From Takakia lepidozioides (taxonomy: Eukaryota; Plantae; Bryophyta), in assembly GCA_030704615.1 (NCBI GenBank), contig CM060732.1, positions 1,860,001-1,924,000 of the forward strand: 64,000 nucleotides of DNA, given 5' to 3'. Below the pieces are notes generated by a model. That model saw nothing but the letters and a program-made list of their open reading frames with translations. It was not told where the DNA came from and made no database searches. Below are positions 1-12,925 of the stretch, piece by piece. The translations under genes and the position numbers were made by a program. Every line of letters starts with the position of its first letter. The stretch's first letter is position 1.

Positions 1-3000
1 TGCATGTCATCCGTGGGAGGATCTGTCCTCTCATCTATGAACTTGCCCCCATGAGTGATGGCGAACTCCCTAATGACGGCTGGAGTCGTAGGTGGATGCA
101 CTCGGACGAGACAAACAGCTTCAAACAAACGAGTCTGCGAACAGGACATCCACAAGGAACTAAGAAGCTTGAAAACCAGGCCCCTACATATTCATTTGAG
201 CGACTTATGCAACTCCATCCGAGAACCACCAAGAAGAGGAATAAGAAGGCAGATTTACCATCTCTCCCGGACGATCCCCCTTTGTCAGGTACATGTTGTT
301 CACACAATTCCATGTCTTCACGACCCTCATACCGGAGGCTTTCAAATAGCTGGCAAGTGCACGGTGACAGCAAAGGTCGATGGACTGGATGAGCACCAAA
401 ACACTTGCATCGGACAGAAAGAAATTGCAAAAGGAGAAAACCCACCGCCAGTAGCGCTCATCAAAAGCATTCCAACCTAGACAAGCATCCATGGAGGGAC
501 ATCCGGGACTGGCAACCCATCAGGGATGTCCAAGATGATGAGTTCGGCTGCATATGGCTTCTCCTTCCCGTTCACCCATGATTTGGTCATTTTAGCCTGC
601 AAACAAGCATGCAATGGAATGCTCAAGAGGATTGAAACGACCCATGCCCACAACAGACAAGAAGCAAAAGACAACACGCACCGTGCCGAGGAACTCCACA
701 ATCCTCTCCCACACTGGTGATGGTTCACCCTTGTAATCAGATTTCTTGGACTCCATCATGGCAAGGAACCCAACGTTTGCCATCTCCAACCTGGTAGGGC
801 AAATGACCCTCTTGGGATGCTCCACTGCATGGTACGGGTCCTTAGGATCAACCACCCCATTGTTCTTTCTCACGGATCCCCTACCATGCGGTGGAGTCTG
901 TTGGACATCCACCACAGGGCCAGTTTCTGCAACACTTCCCTGCCCACCTACCTGCCCTTGTGCTCCCTTCCCCCTACCCCTTCTTTTCCCCACACCACCA
1001 GCAACGTCCTTTCCCTTTGCCTTTCTACCTTAACCCGGGGTATCCTGAGCGGGAGACTCATTTTCTGCAAGAGTCCTCAAATTTCTATCATGAATGTCGA
1101 GGTCGGCTGTTGCGGCGGTGGCTGCTATACGCTCATTCTCTCTCCTCAAAGACACCTTCTGAGCTGGGGTCTCAGAAGCAGGGCAATCCAAATACCAACC
1201 ACAAGCATAAAGATGGTCTGGCCCCAGTCATGCAAGATCCCCGTAGTAAACATGGTCTGGTTGCCAGCAGTGACAAGCCAAAGGTCCACGAAATCAGGAT
1301 GTTTGTCCAAGCAGTTCTCTGCCATGAGAACATACTTTATGTACCTGCAGGAACAGAGACAGCCTCATTATGCAATGCAATTATTGTCTCCTAGCTTTTC
1401 CACCACATCACGAAGACCCCCTAAAAGAGTATGCGGCACAGTTCACTGCAACCACCGCACACAAAATAGCCTGAAGGGCCCAGGGTGTGCACGTTGGTGC
1501 TACTACACATGGATAGAACAAATGAGTGTGCGGCACCGCAAACTCATATGAGCCAGCCCAAAACAGGTTGGATGGAGGAGAGTGTGTCTTTGCAAAACAA
1601 ACAAGCACAGTCCATTTCGCACCTGTAAAGGCATCGTTTCCAGGCTTCCTCTCCTTTCTCTCGCTGGTCAAGCTCATTTGTTCGACTGATGCCACCCCCC
1701 TTGCTGAACTCTCTGAAGAAACAAGATTGCCACACTGTGGCTCTCCATTTCCTCATGTATGCTTGGAAGGAGACCTTCGGTGCTGTCATGGTGATGCCAT
1801 AGTCAGCCAGCTGCGTATGTAGAACCGACCGGGCCCTTTCCTCCAACTGCAAAACAATTCAAATGCAAGAATGAACCTAAAAACAATCACAGCCAATGTA
1901 ACATGGAAAGAGAATGACAGAAAAGTGAAAAGAAAGTGACACAACAAAGGACATCATACCTGGCTCCAGTAAGTGGCCTTGTGAAGCATATGTCCATCAC
2001 ATTGTCACTGACAGGAATGACACGCTGGGTCTTCTTCTCTTTCTCCGGCCTGGGGAACATGTGGGTATCCCTAACAGTGGGATCGGAGTTCCATATCTGT
2101 AGCCACTTCACCTTTTGTTCTGAAGACACAACGGCGGTAGACAACCTGTGTAACTTCTCCTGGGCCATCTCCGGCTTGCCTGACTTGTTGTAATGGTTTT
2201 TCACCTCTTCAAGAAACTGCGGTCCGAATGATGGGTCGGCAATTCTCAACTGCTTAACAAAAGCACTCATAATAGTCCTTCTTGTGGCGGTCAATCTCTT
2301 GCTTGATGTGACTCTCAACCCCCTTTGCTGTCCTTCTCACCTCAGGGGTAGAGCTATAGTATTCCAGTTTGCCACGTTGTCCTGCTCTGCAATGTCTTGC
2401 TGCAAGGGAATGCACGAGAGTTGCATCAACCCAAGGGCAAGGGAAACACACAGAAACAAACATCTGGAACCAGGAATATCGAAAGGCCAGATGATGGAAG
2501 ATGTATCTCACCGCATACATATACTCCATGAAAGCCTCACGGGTCAACGAGTACCATGTTTCTGATGTCTTGGAGCTTTCGCACTTCTTGTACGTTTCTG
2601 CTGAAAAGATGGTCTTGAAGTTGGTCAAGGGCATCTGCCCGATCCTTTGTATCCTGTACAGTGTGTGAACCAGACTCGTTTTGGCGTGCGATGTCTCCGT
2701 CCCTCTGCAGAATGATGTGTGAAAGTCAAAATGAAATTCAAGGACCGTCAACAGAGGACTAGAACCAAAGAACCACGGAACTACAACTGGAACATGTAGA
2801 ATGAGAAACCAACCTGTTCACATCATTCGTTGCCATCAGAAGACCCATCATGTTCCCGTCGCAATCCAGCACCATCGATTGAACACAGTAATGCCACTCT
2901 TCCTCCTGTGAGTGCAGCCTCCCAATGACAGCCATCCATGCAAGCAACCAGTGGTTGCCATCCCATACGTGAAACATCTTCCCTGAGAATGCCTGGGTCG

Positions 3001-3230
3001 AAGGTTTCCTGGAGAGAAGGAGTTCGAAGGATTCGTTCACTTGTCTCCAAATGGGATCCCAAGAGTCCACAATTGACTCATCCACAAGGAGCTCATTGCC
3101 TTTGGAATCCCTAGTAGAAACGTAAAAGACTGCGGATCCATCCAAATACCCATGAACAAACTCTGCCTCCAGCTTCTGGATGTCTTTCTTGAGGGGTGGA
3201 CGAATCAGATAGTGTGCGTTGCCGCACACT
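1..3230 (-). pseudogene. Degenerate multi-exon ParB-like/beta-class DNA methyltransferase-like gene (divergent relative of the MULE cargo gene), running off the window start
   Basis: Colinear peptide blocks match the cargo gene at 13540-18521: IRPPLKKDIQKLEAEFVHGYLDGSAVFYVS...MFHVWDGNHWLLAWM (2759-3210); IADPSFGPQFLEEV...EKLHRLSTAVVSSEQKVKWLQIWN (1887-2318); FFREF block (1544-1852); ELIILDIPDG (~520); WNAFDERYW (205-492). It has frameshifts and stops. Confidence 0.85.
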
Positions 3231-3715
3231 GCTTGAGCTTCCAAATAGGGGTGTTTTGAACATGACATTTGGTCTATGTGGCACATTTCAACATAAAAAA
3301 AACAAGCAGAGAGGGGGCCAAAAACAGTGTGCGTTGCCGAACACTATTTGAGATTTCAAATAGGGGTGAGCTGAAAATGGCATACTGGCCCTGAGTGGCC
3401 GATTTTCAAATAAAAAAACAGGTAGTGAGGGGGGCACAAACAGTGTGCGTTGCCGCACACTATTTGTGCTTCCAACTATGGGTGTTTTGAGCATGCATAC
3501 TGGCCATGTGTGGCCCAATTTCACATCAAAAAACAAGCAGAGAGGGGCCCAAAACAGTGTGCATTGCTGCAGACTGTTTGAGCTTCCAACAAGGGGTGTT
3601 TACAACCTACCAGAGTGGGCCCTATGTGATCGTTTTGCACATAAAAAAACAAGCACAAAAGGGGGCTCAAACAGTGTGCGTTGCCGCACACTGTTTGAGC
3701 TTCCAAATAGGGATG
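3205..3715. repeat. Tandem array of ~116-bp units, each with the palindrome CTCAAACAGTGTGCG-N4-CGCACACTGTTTGAG
   Basis: AAACAGTGTGC recurs at ~3321, 3438, 3552 and 3669. There is a perfect 15-bp-arm inverted repeat at 3666-3699. Confidence 0.9.
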
Positions 3716-3934
3716 GAATGAACCTTATAGAGAGGCCCAAAGATATGGATAATTAGCTTTCAGATAACTTTCTCTTTTTGCTGAATATCTCTGGAGTCTA
3801 GCTTCTCTTTCATCACTCATGTCCCATGTCTTTCATTTCTTTAATGTGGCAATAACCAAAACTCTCTTCTGTAGTATCTCTCGTATATGCCTGGGTTTCT
3901 TTCAAGCTTCAATGCACCCTTGGCTATACTAGAA

Positions 3935-4673
3935 GGGGGGTGCTATTCCGTGAGCCTGGAGCGGTGAGTCTGTGAGCCCAGGAAACCGTGAGCCCAGCAC
4001 AGGCTCACGCCACGTCAGCATACATACAGGGCCTATTTCCGCGGGTGTCACCTATTTCCGCGGGTTGATCAGCCATTTCCCGGGAATGCAGAGTGGATAT
4101 GTTACATCCATTGTATCCATTGCATCCATGCAGACGTTATCAACATACCAAGCCCTCACAAGTTTATGTGGGTACGTCGTGAGGAGGTGCACACTGACAT
4201 GATCTAAAGCGGATCCCTGCGAAATCTTTTCTTACTCACCACCCTTGCGAACATGCCAGGTATGTGCGGGAGCATCATGGATGCTCATTAGATTTGAGAA
4301 TGCCTCACAGCTCTTTGATGAGGTGGACTTCGCCGTGATGGATTCACCAACCATTCTTCTAGCAGGAATGGTTTGGAGACCAACGACCAAATGATGCGAG
4401 AATGCTGTACACGAACCAAAGTCGTTTGTTTGTTTTTGCAATGCACTCAAGTCTATGAGGTCCAGAAAACACTAAATAGATTGAAGGAACAATCCGGGCA
4501 GTCCATGCAACCCCATCTCCAACAATAGTTTGTTCCCATTAATGTGCATTCCACGCACACATTGCAAACAGGACAACAAGGACACACAACCATCCCATTT
4601 CAAATTTGGCCCCGAATAAAACCAAAAGAAAACTTCATATCAAGAGTCACAGTCATCAAAATCAGTCTCGACC
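3935..4673. mobile_element. Terminal fragment of a related MULE family (TIR plus subterminal region)
   Basis: It starts GGGGGGTGCTATTCCGTGAGC, against GGGGGCTGCTATTTCATGAGC at 18522. It has repeated GTGAGC motifs and two CCTATTTCCG subterminal motifs, as at 34217-34247. It ends where Gypsy integrase sequence begins. Confidence 0.65.
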
Positions 4674-5383
4674 TACTATGTATTATCTTGGCTAAGATAG
4701 TCAATGCAAACAGAATGGATTGGGATACAAAGCTGCTAACAGCTTTGTGGTCATACAGGACTTCATATAAAGTCACCACTAAGTATACACCATTTCAATT
4801 AGTTTATGGTATGGAAGCTTTACTTCCAGTGGAATTCTTGTTACCTACCATGAGAACTGAATGGGGAAAGAGAATGGAATTGGAAGATTCAATTAAAGTC
4901 AGGAAACATGAATTATACCATGTGGAAGAAGTACGTGCTGATGCAGCTGATAACATGACCAGAATTCAGATAAAGAGGAAGGAACAGTTTGATGAAGGCA
5001 AATTAAAGACTTTTAAGACGGGAGATTTGGTTCTCTGGTTGCAGAAGAAGGGGAAGATTAAAGCTTCTAAGCTTAAATCACCATGGAAGGGACCTTATGT
5101 CATACAGAAGATGTATGATAACAACACAGCCATGTTACAAACCATTAACAAAGAGATGCTGGGAAGAGTCAATGCCAATAAGTTGAAGGGGTACAGTGGT
5201 ATCCATGACAAACCATTGCAGCACGATTTGCATGTTGAAATGCAAAAGCAGTCACGGGCTGCGCCACTGATACCAACGGAGTATGGAGCATTTGTCGCTA
5301 AGCCGAGCATATATGACCGAGAGCGCTGGATTGTTGCCATAAAGGAGGTGGAAGCAACGTTTAAGCAGTCGATAGATGGGTGA
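4674..5383 (+). pseudogene. Ty3/Gypsy integrase C-terminal half with GPY module, no chromodomain
   Basis: DWDTKLLTALWSYRTSYKVTTKYTPFQLVYG...FKTGDLVL...KLKSPWKGPYVI. Near-identical to 63172-63780 on the minus strand. Confidence 0.92.
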
Positions 5384-5531
5384 GTTTAGTTCCTGACTTT
5401 GGATACCCACCCACTAAACTTGCGATTCGCCTTATCCTCTAACCTTCCTACAACAATCATAAACTTCATAGCACAAATGGGGGCAAGTAGCTGCGACTTG
5501 TACAAACATAGAGGCAAACAACATGCAGTGA

Positions 5532-7860
5532 GTGACGATTAGGTTTGAGGAGGGTGTGTCATTAGGCGGGAGATCACCGCCGTCATTCGTGGGCAGGGGC
5601 GGGAACTACAAGTGTTCGCATACCTATCACAGCCCATCACAGCGTGACACGGCCTATCACAGCCCAACACAGCCCATACAGATTACACAGTCCATAGGGT
5701 CAGTGACAAGTGGACGCGAATTAACGTTAGAAAAGTGGCCATCAAGTGAAGAAAAAGTTTGGAAGTCAAACTTGGAGAATGTGCCATGCGGAGAGGGGAA
5801 GACGGGGGCATGTTTAGAAACGGACACATGGCGGCTAAGGCGAAGCACACCGCGCTGCATCGATTGCAAAAGTGAGTTTCATCATGCAAGAGGACAAATC
5901 GGGCCGTCAAAGTACCTACCCGGTATAGCAACTAATACTAATTGTGGGCCCATTAATGCATTCAGTGCCAGGGTAACGGAACCCTTTTCGAGTTCAGAAA
6001 AGGGAAACCTATGCCACATGTGCTGTCCTACTGGACATTCCAGGTGGAAATGTCCATGGAGGGGGGTGGAATTAAGGAATTATCTAAGCAGTCCACAGCC
6101 AATCAGGAGTGAGAATTACATGCAGGTGGTTCCCTCCAAGAAACAAGAACAAGAAATAGGAAGTGTTATGAGTGGAAGAGTCGGAGTGGCTCTGAATAGC
6201 CAAGCTCTTGACGGAAGGGGCAATCAAAGCACTAGCCTGGTAGCTATGGCAGATGTAACCGATTACACACTCGCTTTACTTCTCACGCAGTGGCGCAAGG
6301 ACGGACGCATTGAGAGTATATTTTCTCTCACTCGTTACTTGCAAGCCCCACAGGCTTACACGCACTTACCTGTTCCATTTTGTGCCAACCATACCTTCAT
6401 GCTCTGTGCCCTGCAAGCTTTCCTTCAGCTGTTTCAAACAAAGCCTTTCTGTTTGTCTAGAATGAAGAGAGTGAGGGGAATGGAGGATATCAGGGTGAAG
6501 AGCACCACGATACTGCAGAAGCAAACAATTGCAGCACCGCAGGCAGTACAGCTGCTAAGGGAGTTGCGATTGGAGGAACTGCTACGCAAGGACTGGTCCT
6601 TGCATCATCGGCAGTTCATGATACAATTTCTTCAGAACTTTGAGCCTCGGACGGGAGTTACTCAGGTGAGGGGAGTAGATATAGAAATTACTCCCCAGTA
6701 CCTGCAGCAATTGTTTGATTTGCCATCAGGACATGTGGATGTGGATGAGCACATGGCAAGATTGCAGATAGGGAATTTGTTCCAAGAAGGGAGTTTCTTT
6801 AAAACTCAAGGTTACGCTTGTACCAAAGCCGAGTACCCAGGGCTTAGGCAAGTTGGCCAAATATTGAACGTTCTGTTTGCCATGAAACAGAACCAACAGT
6901 ATTTGAGCAGGTCATTCACAGAGGAGATCCTGAAAGCTTTGAGGGGAGAGGATGTCGCTTGGGCGGAGTTAATGTACAATGGACTGGTGGACGAGATAAA
7001 GAGATTACAGGGCACTGCCGCTAAGTCTCCGATCATTGTGTCTGGTCCAGTCATTGCCCAAATAATTCTTGATTCTTGCATACTTGATACTCGGGAACGT
7101 AAGGAGATGGGAGTGTTTGAGGCAGAAACCACTGCAACTGAAGAGCAGGGCTCTTCACACAGTGAGGGTGGACTGACAGGGCAACCCCAATCTAAGAGAT
7201 AGAGGCGGGGTATGACAGTAGTGGCGGATCCACTGGCTTCACGGAAACCGCACGATAATGTTTCCAAAGCTCTTGTGGAGGATGGGGCACAACAGCACAG
7301 AGAGCTGTTATTATTGGAAGCACGGCCTTCAGAGAGAGAAGAGGAAGTCAATTCGATACCACAGCCAACACAACCAATTGACTCAGATGTTTTGGAGGTT
7401 CCACAGAAACTACATGCTGTGACTTCACCCCCAATTCCTCTGGAAGGAGAAAGGTTGGACATTCCCACTACAGAGCAGGTTGTGGCCGAAATTGAGAAGG
7501 GTGACCTTCTTTATGAAAACTCTGGTTTGGTAAGGGAATTAGTGATTCTAGAGGTGCGGTTGTCCAGGGAAAACCCTGCTGTGCATGTAATACCCATACC
7601 TGTGACGGAGGTACCAGGGGTAGAATATTAAGACACTGCAGCACCTGTGGCGGATGAGGTGGTTCAGGAAAAAAATCTGGTGGGGCAATGGCCTGAATGG
7701 TTGGTCAGGCATCACACTGTCAAGGATCAGGAAGAACAGCAGCAAGCTCACCATGATGACCCTCAGCAGGCCATGCTTATGAGTTCCATAAGCAGAACAC
7801 TTAATTTGTTGGGCACTTATGTGAAATCCCATGTTCCATCTACCCAATTGGCAGCTTTGA
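5532..7860 (+). pseudogene. Post-pol accessory ORF region of the Gypsy element (N-terminal part)
   Basis: A 556-aa open frame plus continuations broken by stops. It has a CX2CX4HX4C knuckle (CHMCCPTGHSRWKC, ~6012-6054). IQFLQNF...VRGVDIEITPQYLQQLFDLP resembles the accessory ('env-like') ORFs of Athila/SIRE-type elements. Confidence 0.6.
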
Positions 7861-10800
7861 GACCGAGCAGTCTGCAATGGCTGGGTCTGAGGAACCGGAA
7901 ATGCGTGGGCCGGGATGTCTATGCGTTGCACCATTTGAAATCCTGCTGCAGATAGAGCATCCGCCTCATTCTGAGAGAGGCTGCAACCCGGTGCAACAGG
8001 CCAGACGCCCGGAGGCTCCGGCATTCCCTGAATCCCGTACTTGGGCTTGCCAAATACACAGGTCATTATGTCGTGCCTACAGAACCAAAATGTCTACGTT
8101 GTGGCGTGAGCAAATGTGGGAGTCAAAAATCTGCCTGATGATGAAAAAAGGTGCAGGTACAGCACCGTGTGGGTTCCTCCGAATCATCTCAATCCACCCG
8201 GATGGCGCAACACTTCCCTCGAAATGCCGGCAATGTCCTCGCAATTCTCCACTGTGACTCCGACACTCTTGTCTCCACAATGGGAATGTTGTATTGCTTT
8301 ACTACAGATGGCTCGTTATGTTGCCGGGGCACGCGCCTGTGCTCAAAGGAGATGGCGATCTTGAACGTGCAGGACTTCCGGTGCTCGACGAGACCTCCTC
8401 GGACAACATCACCGGACCACGAGGGAGCGTGCGAATATTCTTGTCAGCTCGCCATGAATCCTCTTCTCCGCCAGGTGCCTCGTCAAGTCTTCGTCTCACG
8501 GGACGGGTATGAACATCTCCTTCCAAATGTTGGCCTCTTCGCAGCAATGGCGTGTCCCGAAGGCCCTCTCGCAAGGCCGCCGCCCACTTCCGAGGATTCT
8601 TCGATCTGGAGGCAGTCCACATCAGCATTTCCTGCCTGTCCGGCCCCAAGCCCCACTGTTTCCCTTTCAAGAACTCGTTGTACCTGCATTGCTGCATAAT
8701 TGACCTCACAATGTCCTTCGTTGTGGCAGTGAGGATGTCCACCAGATGCGCCGCAGAGGAGGCACGCCAGGAAGAGTGCATTGATTCGGCCATGTTTGTC
8801 GTGGGCATGTCGGTGTCGGAGTCGAGACACATTTCCTGCACAAGCACATGTTGAGGTTACAAGCAAGTTACAAATATGGCCAAGAATAGTATCCAACGGG
8901 ACGCGAATTCGGTGCAACTCACCTCCCGCATATAGTCGCCGAACTGGAGGAAACGATAATGCCACCATGCTAGCCAACTGACCATTGCTCCTTCGTCTGA
9001 TTTCCTTACAGCACCTGACGATGTCCACCAAGCCCGTATGCATGCAAACTGTGTCTCTGCATCATCCAAGGTGGGAGCGCGCTTCCACGCAAGGCACATG
9101 GAACGGTGCTCCTCTCTGAAATCTGGCGCCACAAGCCTGGTTGTGTACTGCGAAAGGCTCTGCAGAAAATGGAACCCACAAGATCTCTCCTTGCCTTCCA
9201 TGGGAACATTGGGGTCTTGCCCGTACACCCTTCGGATGGCAGCCCAATTTGCTTGTGCGTTGTCCGCCATGAAACCACGGAAATTGGAGGGGGCAATCCC
9301 GCCTTGGCCATCTGTTCGTTTATTCCTGCCAAAGAAGCATCTCCGATTGTGTGTCCTCTCCTTTCATCTCACAAATAGCAATTGTCATTAGCATCCTGCA
9401 GCGGGTGTCGTAGACATGTGCACCCATTGTCACCCACTGGTGATTTGTAATTCGCTTGATATGGTCGAACATGACCCAACTGTTTGACAAGTTCCCACTC
9501 GTCATCCTGTCGACCAGTTCGACGCCACTGCCAGGTCCACACGTGGACATTTTGAATACGAAACAACGATCTGCCTCAGTCCCTTGTCCTGGAAACCTAC
9601 TTCCATGAATGTAGTCATATCCACATCGTCGCTTCACCTCCAGAATGGAGTGCATATCCGAGCCACGCCCAATTTTCTGTTTGCATGAGACAATGTGGTT
9701 TCGGACATTCGGTGAACATACGTGGGACACCGACTCCAGCAATGCCTCATTTCCTTCTCGTCGAGAGGAACTCTATCGGAGCCGTCTTCCGACATAATTC
9801 TGGCCAATGCCATCTTATGGGCGGCTTGGAGCTGTATATGTTGGGTTTGGCACCCGGTCTCAACTTAACCTCCTCCTGAACGAGCTGCTCTGCTTCGTGG
9901 GCAGCCTCCCGCGAGTTCCCCCTCGCCAATTTGTGACAATGGGAACCAACGTGTATGCAAGCTCGGGTTGAGGTCAGGGAAACGGTGCAACACATAGAAC
10001 TGCTTGGCATTACAAACAAACATGCAGTGTGGTGGTTCTTTGCAATGCGCACACTTAAATGTGGAGTTCGGAACCTTCTCCTGAGCTCGAAATGGTTGGT
10101 GAGCTGTGCCTGTCCAATCGGTCTCGTTCCTGTGACCTCTGGATTTAAAGTGGAAGCAAGTTGGGGAGAAACACCGCAACGCGCCCGCACAAACAACGTA
10201 GCGCACCCGCACACCATCAAGCATCTTCATGCTGGTGGTTTTGGTAACGCACCAAGGATGACCGTCATGTTTTCTATCCATATCTGTCAACATTCCGGAC
10301 GCCCTCGAGTAGTCCGCCCGAAGAGGGAACTCAAAGAAGATATTACCGTCGACGTCGGCGGGAAGGCATGTAACCGATTTAATTACGAACTTGCTGTAGT
10401 CCAGCCCGGCCAGCTCCGACCGGTGTCCCTCCAGGTGAAGCCCTCGCAGAATTTCTAGAATAGATCGAACTGCAGTACTCGTGCTGGGAATATGACTCCC
10501 TCCTCCACTAACGTCCATTGAGGACTTGCCTGATCTCCAGGACGACCTCGGAACTTCCATGACCTCGTCTGAGTCGGACAGGTTGTGAACAACCCGGTTC
10601 TTGGTCGTCTTCATGGATGGGTTCGGCTCTGGATTTACTTCGTTGCGGACTTCTCTCTTTGAGGTACCCACTCTCTGATTCGCGGATTGTTTCGTGGAAG
10701 GCGCCAGGATAGACGGTGCATTTGGCGGGCAAATGAAGTCCCCAACAGCCCTGTATATGACGCTGTCCGATGGTGGAACTCGCCATTCCCTGCCATCGCC

Positions 10801-11007
10801 GAAATCATCGTGGAGCACAACAATACTCTCGACAACAAGGTCGTTTGAGTCCTTCCTTTCCTCCTCCAAAAAAACCGACCCCGGTTTCAGGTGGTATCGA
10901 ACGCACAGATATTTCTCCATCACCCGGCAGGTGTCCCCTCTGCACGGAAATGAAGCTCTATGCTCGTGAGGAGGGCAGTACACTGTAGCGCTCGGGTTTT
11001 CCGCCAT
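7861..11007 (-). pseudogene. MULE transposase, copy A (3'-truncated, frameshifted)
   Basis: MAENPSAT start; GCM-like Cys/His region; WVMFDH, FMADN, CGFHFLQ and TTNMAES motifs; intron ~8835-8921. The SWIM domain is missing. Confidence 0.88.
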
Positions 11008-11299
11008 GGGAGATGTGCACACAAGACTGCCAGGATGGCGTGCGGGGAAGCTCCCTGGTAGAAGGGGGTGCAGCGATGGGAATGAATGCGATGCCGATTT
11101 GTCCGAGCGACGAAGCCTGATCCAAATCCAGGGAGCCAACTATCTCAAAAATCCACAGTCAGAGTGTTAATGAACCTTGTCTCCGGACTGCGGCCCCTGG
11201 TCTTTGCGCAATAACTGCCAACGGTATGCAGTCAGAAAGTGGGGGGCCGTCCGGATGATGACGGCTGAAGGGGAGAAGCCGGCACCGTGCCCTCACATT

Positions 11300-12925
11300 A
11301 CTACCCCGAATGGAAATTCGGCACCAATATCCAACAAATTCGGCGCCGAATCTCCATCCAGGGGATGTTCTCTGTCGCACACACTCCGGCCTCTGCGCCC
11401 GAGGCTTCCATCCGGGCCCCCCAAAGGGAGTCGTGTCGGGGGGTCAGGCCGAAAACTGGACGGCATAAAAACATCCCCAGATGGAAAAACGGCGCCGAAT
11501 TTCCATCCGGGGCGGTTCGGATGCAGTCGGGGAGGGGGGAGTGGCCTGCACTTGGCCGTCACATTTCAACCCCCGGACGGAAATTCGGCACCGAATATCG
11601 AACAGGGGACGCCCGGATGAAGTCGCCTCGGGCGCAGAGGCCGGCGAGTGTGCGACAGAGAACATCCCCTGGACGGAGATTCGGCGCCGAATTTCCATCC
11701 GGGCCCCCCCAAAGGAAGTCTTGTCGGGGGGTCAGACCGAAATCTGGCCGACATAAAAACTTCCACAGATGGGAAAACGGCGCCGAATTTTCAATTCGGG
11801 GCCGTTCCAATGCAGTCGGGGAGAAGGAGAGGTCGGCACCTGGCCGTCATATTTCAACCCCCGGGACGGAAATTCGGCACCGAATATCCAACAGAGCGGC
11901 AAAGAGGCGGCACCTCTCCGACAGAGACCATTCCCCGGATGGAAATTCGGCGCCGAATTTCCATCCAGCAGGTAAGTGGAATCCCGGATGGATGGAGATT
12001 CGGCGCCGAATTTCCATCCAGCAGGTAAGTCGGATCGGTGCCGTATGGATATTCGGCGCCGAATTTCCATTCGCCATGTATTTATGAGCCAGGAATTACC
12101 TTCTTGCAGGTAATTCCCATATGAGAATTACCTTCCTGCAGGTAATTCTATTCCATGTGAATTCCGCATCCAGAATTACCTGCACGAAGGTAATTATCAT
12201 CTCGGAATTACCTGCAGGAAGGTAATTCTCATCGCCGAATTACCTGCACGAAGGTAATTCTTGTTTGGGAATTACCTGCACAAAGGTAATTCTCATCTGG
12301 GAATTACCTGCACGAAGGTAATTCCACGCTCAGAAATACATGACGAATGGAAATTCGGCGCCGAATATCCATTTGGCACCGATTCGAATTACCTGCAGGA
12401 TGGAAATTCGGCGCCGAATTTCCATTTATGCGGGATTCGACTTACCTGCTTGATGGAAATTCGGCGCCGAATTTCCATTCATCCGGGATTCGAATTACCT
12501 GCAGGAGGGAAATTCGGCGCCGAATTACCTGCTTGAGGGAAATTTGGCGCACCGCCCTACCTGCGCGGATGGAAATTCGGCGCCGGATTTCCATCCGCGC
12601 GCTTCCGAATTACGTGCATGAGGGAAATTTCCACCGCCGCCCTACCTCCGCGGATGGAAATTCGGCGCCGGATTTCCATCCGCGCGCTTCCGAATTACCT
12701 GCGTGAGGGAAATTTCCGGCGCCGCCCTACCTCCGCGGATGGAAATTCGGCGCCGGATTTCCATCCGCGCGCTTCCGAATTACCTGCATGAGGGAAATTT
12801 CCACCGCCGCTCCTACCTCCGCGGATGGAAATTCGGCGCCGGATTTCCATCCGCGCGCTTCCGAATTACCTGCGTGAGGGAAATTTCCGGCGCCGCCCTA
12901 CCTCCGCGGATGGAAATCCGGCGCC
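11300..12925. repeat. Intergenic palindrome arrays of MULE copy A, between the divergent genes
   Basis: Many copies and variants of GGATGGAAATTCGGCGCCGAATTTCCATCC. Seven GAATTACCT-N6-AGGTAATT units at 12093-12325. ~122-bp higher-order units at 12560-12920. Confidence 0.93.

Noticed and set aside
817-1551. 244-aa and other plus-strand ORFs in the first 3 kb
   Set aside because: They are antisense shadows of the degenerate minus-strand cargo gene and contain no recognisable motifs.
11300-12925. CRISPR-like palindromic repeat arrays (also 25590-28500 and 49270-51950)
   Set aside because: The intervening sequences are themselves repeated or only ~8 nt long. There are no cas genes, and the context is eukaryotic.
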